A DNA stretch of 64,000 nucleotides, taken from NCBI RefSeq assembly GCF_009914755.1, contig NC_060933.1; one strand, 5' to 3'. Below, piece after piece: positions 45,475-64,000 of the stretch (positions within the stretch are counted from its first letter, which is position 1; each line of letters opens with the position of its first letter). The position numbers and the translations under genes were made by a program. This DNA is from the human T2T-CHM13v2.0 reference genome, Homo sapiens. Below the pieces are notes generated by a model that worked only from the letters and a program-made list of their open reading frames with translations, had not been told where the DNA came from and did not search any database.

Positions 45475-45541
45475 AGTCTGTTTCTGTTGCAGAAATGAAA
45501 ACACTAAGGAGTCTGTTTCTGTTGTAGAAATGAAAACACTA
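45475..45541. repeat. Tandem duplication, 32-bp unit, 35-bp period
   Basis: agtctgtttctgttg(c/t)agaaatgaaaacacta x2, one mismatch. Confidence 0.93.
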
Positions 45542-45676
45542 CGTTCATGGCTCTTTGTAGTTGCATTCTGAACACGAGATAAGAATGTAAGCAAATATAT
45601 GATAAAAATATATGTGTGGGTTAAAAAAATAAAACTTAGCTGAAGTTTAGGAGGCAGCTGCATATGGATGAAGTTA

Positions 45677-46015
<339 letters not shown>

Positions 46016-46480
46016 GAATGCAGAAAGACACATAGAGTACAAAAAGTTGCATTTTCATATTTTTATAACAATAATTATATTGTGTAAAAGGGCATTAAGG
46101 AGGCTGTTGTTGGATGTGCAACAAATGGAAGGGCTCAGAAAGTAGAAGCCTCAGGACTAATGAATGCAGCGGTGCTCTGAGCCAAATGTGTTCTGAAATG
46201 AAGAGAAAGGGGAAAATCACAACCTGTAGAAAAAGTGCCAGAATTTTGACTGTGCTAGAGTCTGAGCAGATGAGATTAGGAGGGGAAACTGCTATGGAAT
46301 GTATCCCTTTAAAAAGCAGCAATAAACTTCTAGCCTATTTTGACGTTCTTAGAACACCTTAGTCACTTTCAGTTCCTCTCTTGTTTCTACGGATGCGGTA
46401 AAAGCAACAAACAAAAACAAACATCTCTAACTGCCCCAAAGATGCGGAGTGAAAGACACTGTAAAAAAATAAGATTTTAA

Positions 46481-47112
46481 GGCCGGCGTGGTGGCTCACG
46501 CCTGTAATCCCAACACTCTGGGAGGCCCAGGTGGCTGGATCACCTGAGGTCAGGAGTTCAAGACCAGCCTGGCCAAAATGGCAAAACCCCGTCTCTACTA
46601 AAAATACAAAAATTAGCTGGGTATGGTGGCGAGCGCCTGTAATCCCAGCTATTCAGGAACTTGAACCTGGGAGGTGGAGGTTGCAGTGAGCCAAGATCGC
46701 ACCACTGCACTCCAGCTTGGGTGACAGAGTGAGACTCTGTCTCAAAAAAAAAAAAAAAAAATTAAACTGCTTACTTTTTTTCATTAAAAAAAAAAAACAC
46801 CTAATTTCTGCTGGGCATCATGGCTCAATGACTATAATCCCAGCACTTGGGGAGGCTGAATGGGAGGATCACTTGAGCCCAGGAGTTCGAGACCAGCCTG
46901 AGCAACATGGCGAGACCCACTCTGCACAAAAAATAAAAATAAAAATTAGCTGGGTGTGGTGTCATGCGCCTGTGGGTCCCACTACTTGGGAGGCTGAGGT
47001 GGGAGGATGACCTGGGCCTGGGGAGGTCGAGGCTGCAGTGAGCCAGATTGTGCCATTGCACTCCAGCCTGGGCAACAGAGTGAGACTCTGTCTCAAAAAA
47101 CAAACCGAAAAA
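46481..47112 (+). mobile_element. Alu with deletion (46481-46762) and AluJ (46810-47112)
   Basis: Two dimers. Confidence 0.9.
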
Positions 47113-48125
47113 ACCACCTAATTTTTTAAATAGTTTAAAAATTACTCCTCCAGATAGGTATGGTATTGTCAAATAACTTGAAGAGGAAAAGTATTAGGGA
47201 TAATGAAGTTATAAAATTAGTCTTAGAAGGATGGATATAACTTGTAACTGTGTTTGGCTGCATCAACACTGATGAAAGATCGACGCTAATCTCAGAAAGC
47301 AAAATCTTGCTCTTTATAATTTAAAAAATGCTCCATTTTATTGTAAGCAAGAGGAGCTTAGTCAAGCCCCTCAGTGTCTGGCTTCAACCTGAAAACGGAA
47401 TCTTCTGGTTCATTTCCTGATTTCTATGCAGAGATTGGACCACGAAAGCTGTCTAAATATGAATTGGTCTCTTTCCCAAGCTTGATCAATCAGCAGGTGC
47501 AAAGGTTCAACCAGCTTCCCCGCCTCTAGCTGTCCTGCATTCTTCTCAGCCCTGGAAAACCAACTGTGCCTCTCAAACATCCCACACTAGTCTCCATAGG
47601 TGATTCTCTCCCCCAGAAAACAAGTTCAAGACCGACCCAGGAAAGGAAGAAAAGAGGGTGATAGAGAGAGAAAGAAATCTCACTCTAAATACCAGGGAGA
47701 ACTTTGAATGCAATCCAAAGACTAAAGAAGAAAGAAGTATACAAGCTAAATTATTAATGAGAAGAAAAAGCCAGATTTTTAAAGTCCTGACTTATTTCTA
47801 AACTCTAAATATTTCCAGGTTGGAGGGGGCAGTGGTAGAGTGGGTGCAAAATATTACAAAAATATTACAGGAAAAAAATGTTTAAGGCCCTGGCATCTGA
47901 AACTTAGTTAACACCAAGGAAAAAGATTTTCCACTAAAACGCTTGCCAATTCATTCACTTCCCACTTTAAGATGGCTCTGCAAACACATAGGTGATGTCC
48001 CTTTCTAAGAGAAGGGATCCCACTTCTCAACCCCACTGCCATAGTTGAGCATCTGACTCAAGGACTTGCATGAAAAACTCTATGGGAATAGGTGCTAGAG
48101 CTAAAAGGTAAAAATTGCTAAGAGG

Positions 48126-48748
<623 letters not shown>

Positions 48749-48949
48749 CTAAGAGGCAATTTTTGTCCATGTGCATGCCAAATTAGTGGAAAAAACGCTA
48801 ATCTGCAGAGATGAAGAGGAAAGCAAACACAAGACATTATTACCCCCATATGTTCAAAATGTACCTGTGGACTTTCCACTGGCCAATTTAAGTCCCTTGT
48901 GAGACTGGCCTGTTCATCCAGCCACTGGTTCTGTGAGATATCCCTTGCA

Positions 48950-49520
48950 ACAGACACTTTTGTCTGAGCATCTTGGCTGACAATCTAGCAGCTATCCCCC
49001 ATCCATCCCATCTTCCCTTTGGCAGAGCACCTGTCTTATTACAGGATCACTTTCTCCATCTCTCTTGCAACACAGACATGGGCATGTGACATTACCCTGG
49101 CTAACCAGATGTAGCAGATATCTACTAAACACGTACTGAGAAAGGTTTCCTCCCAAAAAAACCCGGATACTTTTTGTATTTTTAGTAGAGATGGGGTTTC
49201 ACCATGTTGGAAAGGCTGGTCTCCAACTCTTAACCTAAAGTGATCTGCCTGCCTCGGCCTCCCAAAGTGCTGGAATTGCAGGCATGAGCCACTGCACCCG
49301 GCTCCCTCCTCTTCTTTACTTGACGTGGTCATAGCTACCTGTGATGCTTGAAATGGCAGAGCCAGAGATGGAAAGCACCTGGCTTTTTGATGACAATTTC
49401 TCAGCTATTACTGAACTGAGACACCAACCTGGAATTTCCCTGCCTCTGGACTCTTTGTCATGTGAGATAGAAAATGTGCCCTTGTTGTCTAAGCCACTTT
49501 TCTTTGGGTCTTTTTTTTTT
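48950..49520 (+). mobile_element. Old ERVL/MaLR-type LTR (LTR16/MLT1-like) with an Alu left arm (-, 49170-49302)
   Basis: ggcatgtgac...atggcagagccagagatggaaagcacctgg...ctgcctctggactctt...ttgtctaagccact. Confidence 0.55.
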
Positions 49521-49683
49521 TTTTTGTCTCCTTCCAAAATGTTGCTATAATTCAACCATTCTTATTGAGAGCTCACTCTCAGCCAAGCTCTGTACTGGCA
49601 CTGGAATGAGAGTAGGGAACAGTAGAGTGCTAATGAGCACTCTAGGCTAAAAGAGCAGTAGAAACATAGACTTGCAGGGCTCA

Positions 49684-50118
<435 letters not shown>

Positions 50119-50134
50119 TTATTAAAATGCATTT

Positions 50135-50500
50135 GCTAAGGTTTTAATGAATGTATCCTCCAAAAGTCATGCTGGAACTTAACCTCCAAGGTGACAGTAC
50201 TAAGAGCTGGTGCCTATGGGAACTGATTAGGCTATGAAGGCTCCACCCTCATGGATGGGATTAATGCCCATATGAAAGATGCTTCAGAGAGCTGCTGTTG
50301 CTCTTCCATCCCTTCCCCATGTGGCAACACCAACACCTAGATAGCACCATCTGAGGAATGGGCCTTCACCAGTCACTGAACCTGCTGGCACCTTGATCTT
50401 GAACTTCCCAGCCTCCAAAACTGTGAGAAATAAATTTCTGTTGTTTATAAATTATCCACTCTCAGGTATTTTGTTATAGCAGCACAAATGGACTAAGACA
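50135..50500 (+). mobile_element. MST/MLT1A-type MaLR LTR
   Basis: aatgtatcctccaaaagtcatgctggaacttaacc...cagcctccaaaactgtgagaaataaatttctg...atggactaagaca. Confidence 0.85.
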
Positions 50501-52436
<1,936 letters not shown>

Positions 52437-52764
52437 TGCTTTGTTGTCAATGTGTTCCCCAAAGTTCATGTGTCAGAAACTTAATGGGAAATGGGGCCAA
52501 ATAAAAGATGGCAGAGCCCTCCTGAATGGTTTAATATCATTATCAAAGGAGTGGATTAGTTATTTCAAGAGTGGGCTTGTTACAAAAGGGAGTTTGATGC
52601 CCTCTTGCTCTCTTGCCCTAAGTGGCAAAAGGCCTTCAACTGGTGCCAGCACCATATTCTTGGACTTTCCAACCTCTAGATTCATGAGCCAAATAATTTT
52701 CTACTGTTTATAAATTACCCAGGTTGTGGTATTCTGCTATAGCAACACAAAATAGACTAAGACA
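52437..52764 (+). mobile_element. MST-type MaLR LTR (internally deleted)
   Basis: aatgtgttccccaaagttcatgtg...ttataaattacccag...aatagactaagaca. Confidence 0.75.
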
Positions 52765-52816
52765 AACCCACCTGTCCATCTGATTCTACTTGAAGTCCAA
52801 AAATAGGCAAAACTAA

Positions 52817-53467
<651 letters not shown>

Positions 53468-54409
53468 TAAGGTCACTTGAGCCTCTGCTAATTAGAGATC
53501 AAAAATGAAGGTAAAACATTTATGAAGGAAAAACTTAAGTGAATAGAAAAAGCTATTACATAAAGTATTGAACTATTACTTTTTCCTTGATTGATGTTCC
53601 TCTGTTTTCTTCCCTTAAAAAAAAAAACATTTTTCAGAAAATGGGCATCATTTAGTACCCAACTATGGATTGATGATTGATTGCAAAAAAGACTTCACCC
53701 TTGGGGGAAAAACTTCTTAAAAAAAAAAAAAATCCCGGACGATTACTGTCTAAAGGCCAAAAATATTTTTCATATACCACCACAGTAATATTAATATAAT
53801 AAATACTGTCAAATAAAATGTTCTTAAAAGAGAACACAAAACATTACAGTAAGCAACATATGCTGTTTCTACTGTATGCCCAAAACACATACACCCATCC
53901 ATTCTTCCAACAAATATTTTATTGAGCACTTACTATGCCAAATACTATTCTAGAAACTGAGGGCCTAGCAGGTAAAAGAAGACACAACTTCTCTATTCTC
54001 ATGGAGCTCACATACTAGTAGGTCTTTACAGTACAGAGCTATAAAGAAATATCAGAAAGATTAATTCAAAATTTATTTACATTCCCATGAGGAAAACCAA
54101 TAGGTCTCTGTATATGAACATTTTAAAGTGTCTTGATACCTGCTAGCAGGAATGATAATAAAACTATTTAACAATCCATTATCAATAGACTCCCTGTCCA
54201 ATTAGAAGAGGCCAGCAGTACCAAGCATCCTGGCTAAAAATCCAGCCTCGACTACTGCCCAGGTCTTTACTAGAAAAGGTGAACCAATTACACACTCACC
54301 AACAGTATACAAGGATCCCTAACTTGCTGAACCCTGACTAGGACTGAATACTACCATTTGCAAAACAAAAAAACTACCTTATTTGGTAGGCAAATTGCTT
54401 TTTTTGCAT

Positions 54410-54685
54410 TTATTTCTTTTGTTTTGTTTTGTTTTGGAGATAGGGTCTCACTCTGTTGCCTGGACTGGAATGCATTGGCACAATTTCGGCTCGCTGTAAC
54501 CTCAACCTCCTGGGCTCAGGTGATCCTCCCACCTCAGCCTCCTGAGTAGCTGGGACTACAGGCGCAAGCCACCATGCCTGGCTAATTTTTGTATCTTTTG
54601 TAGAGATGGGGTTTTGCCATATTGCCCAGGCTGGTCTTGAACTCCTGGGCTCAAGCAATGCACCTGCCTCGGTCTCCCAAAGTGC
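54410..54685 (-). mobile_element. AluJ, 5'-truncated
   Basis: TSD tgcattta; J-type ggctcaggtgatcctcccacc. Confidence 0.88.
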
Positions 54686-54894
54686 ATTTATTTAATTATT
54701 CATGAAATTAATGTTTTAGACATTTTCATTTGGAATTTGGAATTCCTTTTGTAACTGTTCTCTTCTTAATCTTTGTTCATTCATCTATTAGAAATTTTGT
54801 ATTTATTGTTTTGCATAAACTTCTTATATATTAAGGTAACTGTCTTATTTTGAATAAATGTTTATCTAGTTTGATTTAAAATTTTATATATTAT

Positions 54895-55040
54895 TGTTAC
54901 AGACTGAATGTTTATGCCTCCCTTTCCCAATTCATATGTTGAAACCTAATCCCCAGTGCAGTGGTACCTGGAGGTGGGCCCTTTGGGAGGTGATTAGGTC
55001 ATGAGGGTGGGCCCCTTGTGAATGGGATTAGTGCCCTTTT
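54895..55040 (+). mobile_element. MLT1A/MSTD-type LTR 5' fragment
   Basis: tgttacagactgaatgttt...ttcatatgttgaaacctaatcccc...gtgattaggtcatgagggt...atgggattagtgccctt. Confidence 0.8.
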
Positions 55041-55205
55041 AATACTCCTTTTGTGAAACTCCACTTACCAGGAGGTGCTCTTGGCATTGTTCAGGTAGTT
55101 CTAACATGAGTTTCTTCTTCACAATACCTGATTCATCACATCCCCCACTATCAGTCAAGACATACTGCACTACCAATCTAGATGTCCTTTGAAAATATTT
55201 GCTGA

Positions 55206-55835
55206 GGCCGGGCATGGGGGCTCACACCTGTAATCCCAGCACTTTGGGAGGCCGAGGCTGGCGGATCACCTGAGGCTGGGAGTTCAACACCAGCCTGACC
55301 AACATGGAGAAACCCTGTCTCTACTAAAAATACAAAATTAGCTGGGCGTGGTGGTGCACGCCTGTAATTAGAGCTACTCAGGAGGCTGAGGCAGGAGAAT
55401 CGCTTGAACCTGGGAGGAGGAGGTTGCGGTGAGCCAAGATCTCGCCATTGCACTCTAGCCTGGACAACAAGAGCAAAACTCTGTCTCAAAAAAAGAAAAG
55501 AAAAGAAAATATTTGCTTAATGCATGAATGAGTCAATGGAAACTTCTACTGAATTCTTTCTAGCCTGTGGTCAGAGTTGGTTTTGTTCACATACGTAGTT
55601 TATTATGTTGGGTTTCAGGAATGTGCCAGTGACTCTGCAAGGTGCTGGGGATGTAACTGTGAACAGAAGAGTCCCCTGATCTCATGGAGCTGTTAAAAAT
55701 GTCATTTGGCAGAGCAGGGTGGCTCATGTCTATAATGACAACACTTTGGTAGGCTGAGGTGGGAGAATCACTTGAGCACAGGAGATTGAGACCAGCCTCG
55801 GCAACATAGCAAGACCCCATCTCTTTTAAAAAAAA
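55206..55835 (+). mobile_element. Alu (55206-55505) and FLAM (55708-55835)
   Basis: Alu TSD gaaaatatttgct. Confidence 0.9.
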
Positions 55836-56272
55836 GGTAATTTATGAAGAGCATGCAATAACGTGAGAATTTTACCTATTAAAAAATAATTCAATCATAC
55901 CATAAGGAGTTCTTCAAGTCCCTGAGATCAGCTGCAAAAAAAAGCTAAAAGTCTCTAGTACATGGCTGCCTTCCCTAAGCTGTTGCCAAAGAATGTGAGA
56001 TATCTAAGTGTTTATATACCTATAAACCTAGCACAAGTGTTTTCTTTTCATTAATTATACACGGGTAGTTGGTTCTACTTAATAACTGAACAGTATTCAG
56101 CTTTAAAAAATAAACATTAACAGATATTTCAAAGAAATCCCACCATGTTTGGCTCTATTTTTAAGTGGCTTTAAATTATTTGTTGCTTCATCCCATTTCA
56201 ATGTTTTGAGCTCCTATTTCTGTTACAAATTTCTTCTAGGCAAATGTGAATGTAATTAACACACTAATATCA

Positions 56273-56957
<685 letters not shown>

Positions 56958-57297
56958 AATACTCTTCCCTTTTGTTTAAAAAAAAAAGTGTGTTTAAAGT
57001 GTGTGTGTGTGTGTATGTGTATATATATATCATACAATTTGCCATGTTAATCATTTTTAAGTGAATAGTTCTGTTGCATTAAGTACAATACTATTATTAT
57101 TTCCATTTACCGATGAGGAAACTAACATAGCAGTGAAGTGACTTCACCCCTACTAGTAAGACAGAAACCCTGTGACAGGCATGCAGGCAGCCAGCTCTAG
57201 CGTCTCAGGCTGTAGAGCCTACAAACCTCCCTCTTCCTTGCAATAAAAGACTTGGTGTGACCAATAGTGCTGTAAATTTTTAGTTTACTCATTTGGG

Positions 57298-57490
<193 letters not shown>

Positions 57491-57686
57491 TAGTCTACTT
57501 TTAAGTACAGTTGCTTATCACATAAAAAATAAGAATATAGTGTAGCTAAATTGTACAAGGAGAATTTCTACAAACTGTAAATTCTTGTTCCCTGAAAACC
57601 TGAAGTGGGGACTTTATTTTAAGCAAGCAAGAATCATCTTTTGCTAGCTAGAAACAGTAAAATAATATATCAAAAAAGATGATTAG

Positions 57687-58060
57687 GGCTGGGCACAGAG
57701 ACTCACGCCTGTAATCCCAGCACTTTGGGAAGCCGAGGCAAGTGGATCGCCTGAGCTCATAAGTTCAAGACCAGCTTGGGCAATATGGTGAAACCCTGTC
57801 TCTACCAAAAATACAAAAAAATTAGCCGGGCATGGTGGCCTGCATCTGTGGTCCCAGCTACTCAGGAGGCCGAGGTGGGAGGATCGCTTGAGTCTGGGAG
57901 GCAGAGGTTGCAGTCAGCCAAGACTGCGTCAAGGCACTCCACTCCCGCCTGGATGAGAGTTAGACTTCCAGGAGACGGAGGTTGCAGTGAGCCGAGATCG
58001 CGCCACTGCACTCCAGCCTAGCGACACAGCAAGACTCTGTCTCAAAAAAAAAAAAAAAAA
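57687..58060 (+). mobile_element. Alu with a duplicated or extra 3' segment
   Basis: gaggttgcagt occurs twice (about 57904 and 57978). Confidence 0.85.
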
Positions 58061-58484
58061 GATCAAATTGTTATATTTCTCCCCCAGATAAAAATGATCA
58101 TAAGCCAGCCAAATGATTTTTTTTGGATTAAACTAACAATTAGATTGCATAGGTTTCATAAAAAGTCTTTATAGGTTCAATAGTGATGTCAGATGAAAGA
58201 TACAACTTTGGAGTGATTTAAGAAAATATTTTGGAATATCAATTTTGTAACTTGCTGAAGTTTACAAAAATCAATGAGTGAACTTCCAAAAGCAGATCAT
58301 CATGACTGCTCCATCTGGAACCAAAATCTGCCATATAAATTCAAATTTGGCAATAGTTAACTGGAAAGAAATAAATGATAACCACTCTTGCTTGTTTTGT
58401 TGTTTGTTTTGATCTTTGGAGTAATGGCTAGCCAGAGAGAAACCTCATTTTTTTCAAGTGGTCAAATGCATAATGCTTATTTTA

Positions 58485-58601
58485 TTTACTTATTTATTAT
58501 TTTTTATTTTCATTTTTTTGAAACGGAGTCTCGCTTCATCACCCAGGTTGGAGTGCCTCCCAAAGTGCTGGGATTACAGGCGTGAGCCACCGCGCCCGGC
58601 C
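58485..58601 (-). mobile_element. Mini-Alu (most of the body deleted)
   Basis: ggagtgc|ctcccaaagtgctggg junction; TSD aatgcttattttat. Confidence 0.88.
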
Positions 58602-58949
58602 CACAATGCTTATTTTATCTATGCAAACACTGGGCTATTTTCACAGGACCTCATTAGATTAAAAACAAAACAAAACAAAAAAGGCTACAGAACTTGAGAG
58701 TGGCTGCCATGGTCCCTTTTAAAGCTGTTCTAGCTGCTGATTTGCCTTTTAGGCAACAGAATGATGTTTAATCACATTTCTCAATGTGAATACTAAGAAG
58801 GAAATTCCTGTTGGCTGTCAAAACGCTACCATGATACAAATAGCATCAAAAGCAGTGACTCTGCCTAGGAAACAATGTGAATGATGTTCATTTTCATACC
58901 AACGACATAGATCTCATTTCATCAGAGGACTCCAGAATGGTCTTTTGAC

Positions 58950-59253
58950 TTTTCTTTTTCGTTTCTTTTGAGATGGAGTCTAGCTTTGTAGCCCAGGCTG
59001 GAGTGCTGTAGCGCGACCTTGGCTCACTGCTTACCTCTGCCTCCAGGTTTCAAGTGATTCTTGTTGCCTCAGCCTCCCAAGTAGCTGGGATTACAGGCGC
59101 CCGCCACCACGCCCGGCTAATTTTTGTATTTTTAGTAGAGACAGGGTTTCACCATGTTGGTCAGGCTGGTCTCGAACTCCTGGTCTCAAGTGATCCACCC
59201 GCCTTGGCCTCCTAAAGTGCTGGGATTACAGGAGTGAGCCAGCGTGCCCAGCT
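58950..59253 (-). mobile_element. Alu
   Basis: Full dimer. Confidence 0.92.
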
Positions 59254-60611
59254 TATTAGGCAATTTTTTTTCTTTTTGTTTTACTAAGTGCTGCCTATTT
59301 GAGAAAAGCAATACCATAACTTTAAAGCCACTGTTTCTGTAACACTTAAACTACTTCGCATCAACATAAAACCAAAAGGTACTAAGAATTTAGCAACAAC
59401 AAAAGTTACCAATAGAAATAGAAAATTAATATGCTACGCCAACTCAGCAGAGACACAGTCCAATTCAAACCTTAAGTTTCTTGTACTGTGCTCTGAATGC
59501 CTTAACAGATTCAAGGGAGGTTAACATTCGAGAACTTTGAAAAGCTGCCATTTTTCTCATGTGGCAGGCAGCTTTCAGGCCTTCGTTCCCATTGCAGGAA
59601 CAACGGGGAATGTAAAATGAGATGGCCCCGTTAGGTTGTGGTACTTAGACTTAGTGCCAACATCCTCTATCACTGAAACGAACTGAAATCCCTATGAAAT
59701 ACTCAGATCCCTGCCTCTGATTTTTAAAAAAACAAAACATCACTGCTGCTTGCTTGGTTGGTGAAAAACAGAAGAGAATAAAACATTTCTCCAAAATGTC
59801 AAATTGCTGGTTATTTTTTTCCAAGTACTTCTGATATAGGATAACAAAAAAAGTGGTCATTCAGAACAGGTGAGTTGTAGGCAATGACACATTAGTAGAG
59901 CAGTATCTAGAAATCTCATGCCTATTAAACTTAAGGACAGTTGTCAAGCCATTTCTTATCTATTTTTTGTGGCACCTAAATCAGTGCCTGGCACAATACA
60001 TGTTTGTGGAAATGAATCACAACACAGGGAAACTGAATGATGTTTATAGTCCATCTAACTATAGTGGTTTAAAAAAAGAACCAAATAGTTATTTTCAGCC
60101 ACATGCTGTAATTACTGTAAAGTATTTTTAAAAGTTCGCCTTGAACACTCACTGCAAATACCATTTTCTGCTACTTCAGCTTACTTCTCCCACGTGCCAT
60201 GAGAAGTCTACCATTAGCCAACTTGACTAAAAGCCACTAAATACTGGTTTTAGTAGATAGCTTAATGACTGATTTGGTGGAAATTACTTTGCAGAAATAA
60301 CAATTTCCAATTAATTCTTTGAATTTAGTTTAATGTTGTGGGTGTATTTTAAAATAGCACCTAATATACTCTCATTACCTGTTTTGCAACAGGGAGTAAG
60401 TACACAGACAATCATTAAGGAGACTTCAAAAAAAAACACAGCAATCTTTCATTACTCAGGAGAAAATTTATAGATCCCGCTGAACCGTTAAAGATCAATT
60501 GTTTTATACAGCATTTGCATTGGCTTTTAAATTTCCAAACACCAAGGAGTGTCCATCCCAAATTAGCCCTTTGTCGTCTAAGAGATAGCTAAGATGCCCA
60601 GTACTAACCTG

Positions 60612-61251
<640 letters not shown>

Positions 61252-61411
61252 TAAGAATACAGTTAAGAATACTGTTTGGTATACTAAGCAGGCATATTTT
61301 ACATAGTTACAAGTAGAAAATGAGTTACAAAGCTTTGGGTTCAAAGTATAGAACATCAACACTTTGTCTTAATATCCTCAATAAAAATTTCACACAAATA
61401 CCAACACTCGC

Positions 61412-61742
61412 TCTTTTTTTTTTTGAGACAGGGTTTCACTCTGTGGCCTGGTGTGCAGTACGCTGGTGTGCAGTGGCTCAATCACCGCTCACTGCCGCCT
61501 TGATCTCCTCAGGCTCGGGTGATCATCCCACCTCACCCTCCCAAGTACCTAGGACTACAGGTGTGCGTTAGCACGCCCAACTAATTTTTGTTTTTGTTTT
61601 GATAGAGACAGGGGTTGGCCATGTTGCCCAGTGTAATCCCAGCACTTCAGGAGGCTGAGGCAGGAGGACTGCTTGAGGCCAGGAGTTTGAGACTAGCCTG
61701 GGCAACAAAGCAAGACCCTGTCAAAAAACAAAAACAAAAAAC
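61412..61742. mobile_element. Fused inverted Alu: AluJ (-, 61412-61631) joined directly to an Alu left arm (+, 61632-61742)
   Basis: ...ccatgttgcccag|tgtaatcccagcac... Confidence 0.85.
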
Positions 61743-62849
61743 AGAAGAAGGATTAATAGTTACATTAAGAAGAATGAGGCGGCTAAGGAAAAGAAACCCC
61801 CACCAAGATATTATAAGTGGTAAAAGGTACCAAAAAGTGTGACTAGTATGCTAACATTTGTAAGGGAGGGGGGAGTTTACTCATAAATGCTTGATAGCTC
61901 TCTGGAAGAATTCACAAGAAACCAGTTATGGTGGTTGCCTCCAGGGAAGAAAAAAAAAAATCCCCTAATGACTGGGGCAGTCACACACCAGGTGTGGCCT
62001 ATTCAAAAATACATAAACAAGTAAGAAATAAATCATGCTTTTAAAATCTGGCTTTTCCCCCAATTCCCCTTCTTTAACAGAGTGTATTCAATCTTGGCTG
62101 AACCCTCAGAGCTCACTGGCGTGTGTAACTGACTTTAGAGAGAGCCAGGAGGTCGGGATTGCACACAATAGGGTTAGCTGAAGGTGAAGCACCTAGGGCT
62201 AGAGACTTCCCCGGCCAAGGGCAAGGCAGAGCTGGGATAAAGGAGTTCAAAGCCCTGAGGTGGAAGAAGGCTGGTGCATATAAAGAAGGAGAAGGCAGCC
62301 TGGCCGGAGGAGACTGTGTTGCAAGAGGGACCAGCAACATAAAAGGATTGTCTAAATTTAGCTTTACTTGGAGTTGGGAAGTCCTTGTTGGGTTTCTGCT
62401 CAGATCTGAGCCCCACTCACTCCATGTTAGGTGATCTGGGTTCCTAAGTGTTCTCCCAACAGTACCCTCTCGGTGATGCCTACAGGATCCCATGGAAACG
62501 TCATCCTTTTATCGTGAGCATTTGGCATCTTACTCAGTTTCCCTGGACTCAATCTTCCATCCACGTGAGTGTATCCTACATTTCCCTCTAGTCTTTTTTC
62601 CTTTCCTTTCTTTACTTTTGCCCCATGTCCCTAGGACTGGCCCACAATTCAGACTGGTTACCAAGTACCTAGTGTATAAAATAGTACCCTTTACTCTCCC
62701 TGTGAGCTGCCTTGCCTGATCTCGGCCACATCTGAAGAATCAACATACATATAACCTTTAGGTTGGCTTACATTTGCCGTCATTTAACCCCCAGGTCCCT
62801 CACCCCAAGCTTGTGAGCTGGGTGGGGTCCATACTACAAGCAAATATTA

Positions 62850-63183
<334 letters not shown>

Positions 63184-63647
63184 AGACTATTGCACATTGG
63201 TGACACGTAATTGAACACTGCTAATGGAGAGTATCTGTTGCCCACTCATGCAACTAACATTTTACATTTTCAATTTTTCTCTAACAATCCAATGCCAATT
63301 TCTAGATCTGCTTGAAGTTATCAGAAAGTCTTTATCCCACCCAACTACTTCCAACTTCTCTCTAGGGTTTTCTTCCATCTCTAATGACTGTTCATTCCGC
63401 TTTCTCAATTACTGGCATTTCATAATCCAAGGAAAGTGAGAAAGTGAAGGAAGAAGCCATCGTATCATCCTGTTTTTCATTTCCATCAGGTGGTTGAATC
63501 TTTTTGGCAAATAAAGCACTTGACTGCCTAAAATTTTTCTGCAATGACATTGTTTATCTACCTTACTCACTTGCTGATCTGCCAAACTGACAAAATAAAC
63601 AATAAACCTTAGCCAAAAGGTTTCTGTTCAGCAAACTACTCCCTGAT

Positions 63648-63953
<306 letters not shown>

Positions 63954-64000
63954 CTATGGAGTCACACCCAAGACATTCAATCTATGTACCGAATGCCTCA

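Noticed and set aside
55060-55130. Strong minus-strand donor CTG|GTAAGT near 55068 suggesting a cryptic exon in intron 1
   Set aside because: The nearest upstream AG lacks a polypyrimidine tract, and such 9-mers are expected by chance in a 30-kb intron.
62113-62493. Overlapping ORFs in a purine-rich segment
   Set aside because: No family similarity recognised; the flanks look like degraded MER5-type DNA transposon sequence.

Overview
Primate (human-type) genomic DNA lying entirely inside FNBP1 (formin-binding protein 1 / FBP17, F-BAR family), transcribed on the minus strand. Three coding exons are present, all with canonical AG/GT boundaries: exon 2 (33590-33705, 116 nt), exon 3 (18069-18125, 57 nt) and exon 4 (17216-17363, 148 nt). 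They splice in frame to residues 9-115 of the F-BAR domain. Exon 1 and exon 5 lie outside the window. The rest is intron, with roughly 90 Alu elements or fragments counted by eye (about 35-40% of the window), plus L2, MIR, old L1, MaLR/ERVL LTRs and hAT DNA transposons. Nearly all ORFs in the supplied track are Alu-derived artefacts. I see no novel protein-coding system. The best leads are: (1) exons 2-4 total 321 nt, phase 0 to phase 0, so a back-spliced circle would carry an endless ORF with a strong-Kozak AUG; (2) two Alus 11.5 kb apart share the same rare structural variants; (3) a (GGAA)14 microsatellite next to a Z-DNA-prone tract; (4) very tightly spaced or fused inverted Alus; (5) a small tandem cluster of AGGTCA DR0 elements; (6) an antisense THE1A solo LTR with a DUX4-type site. 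Repeat family names and boundaries were assigned by eye and are approximate.
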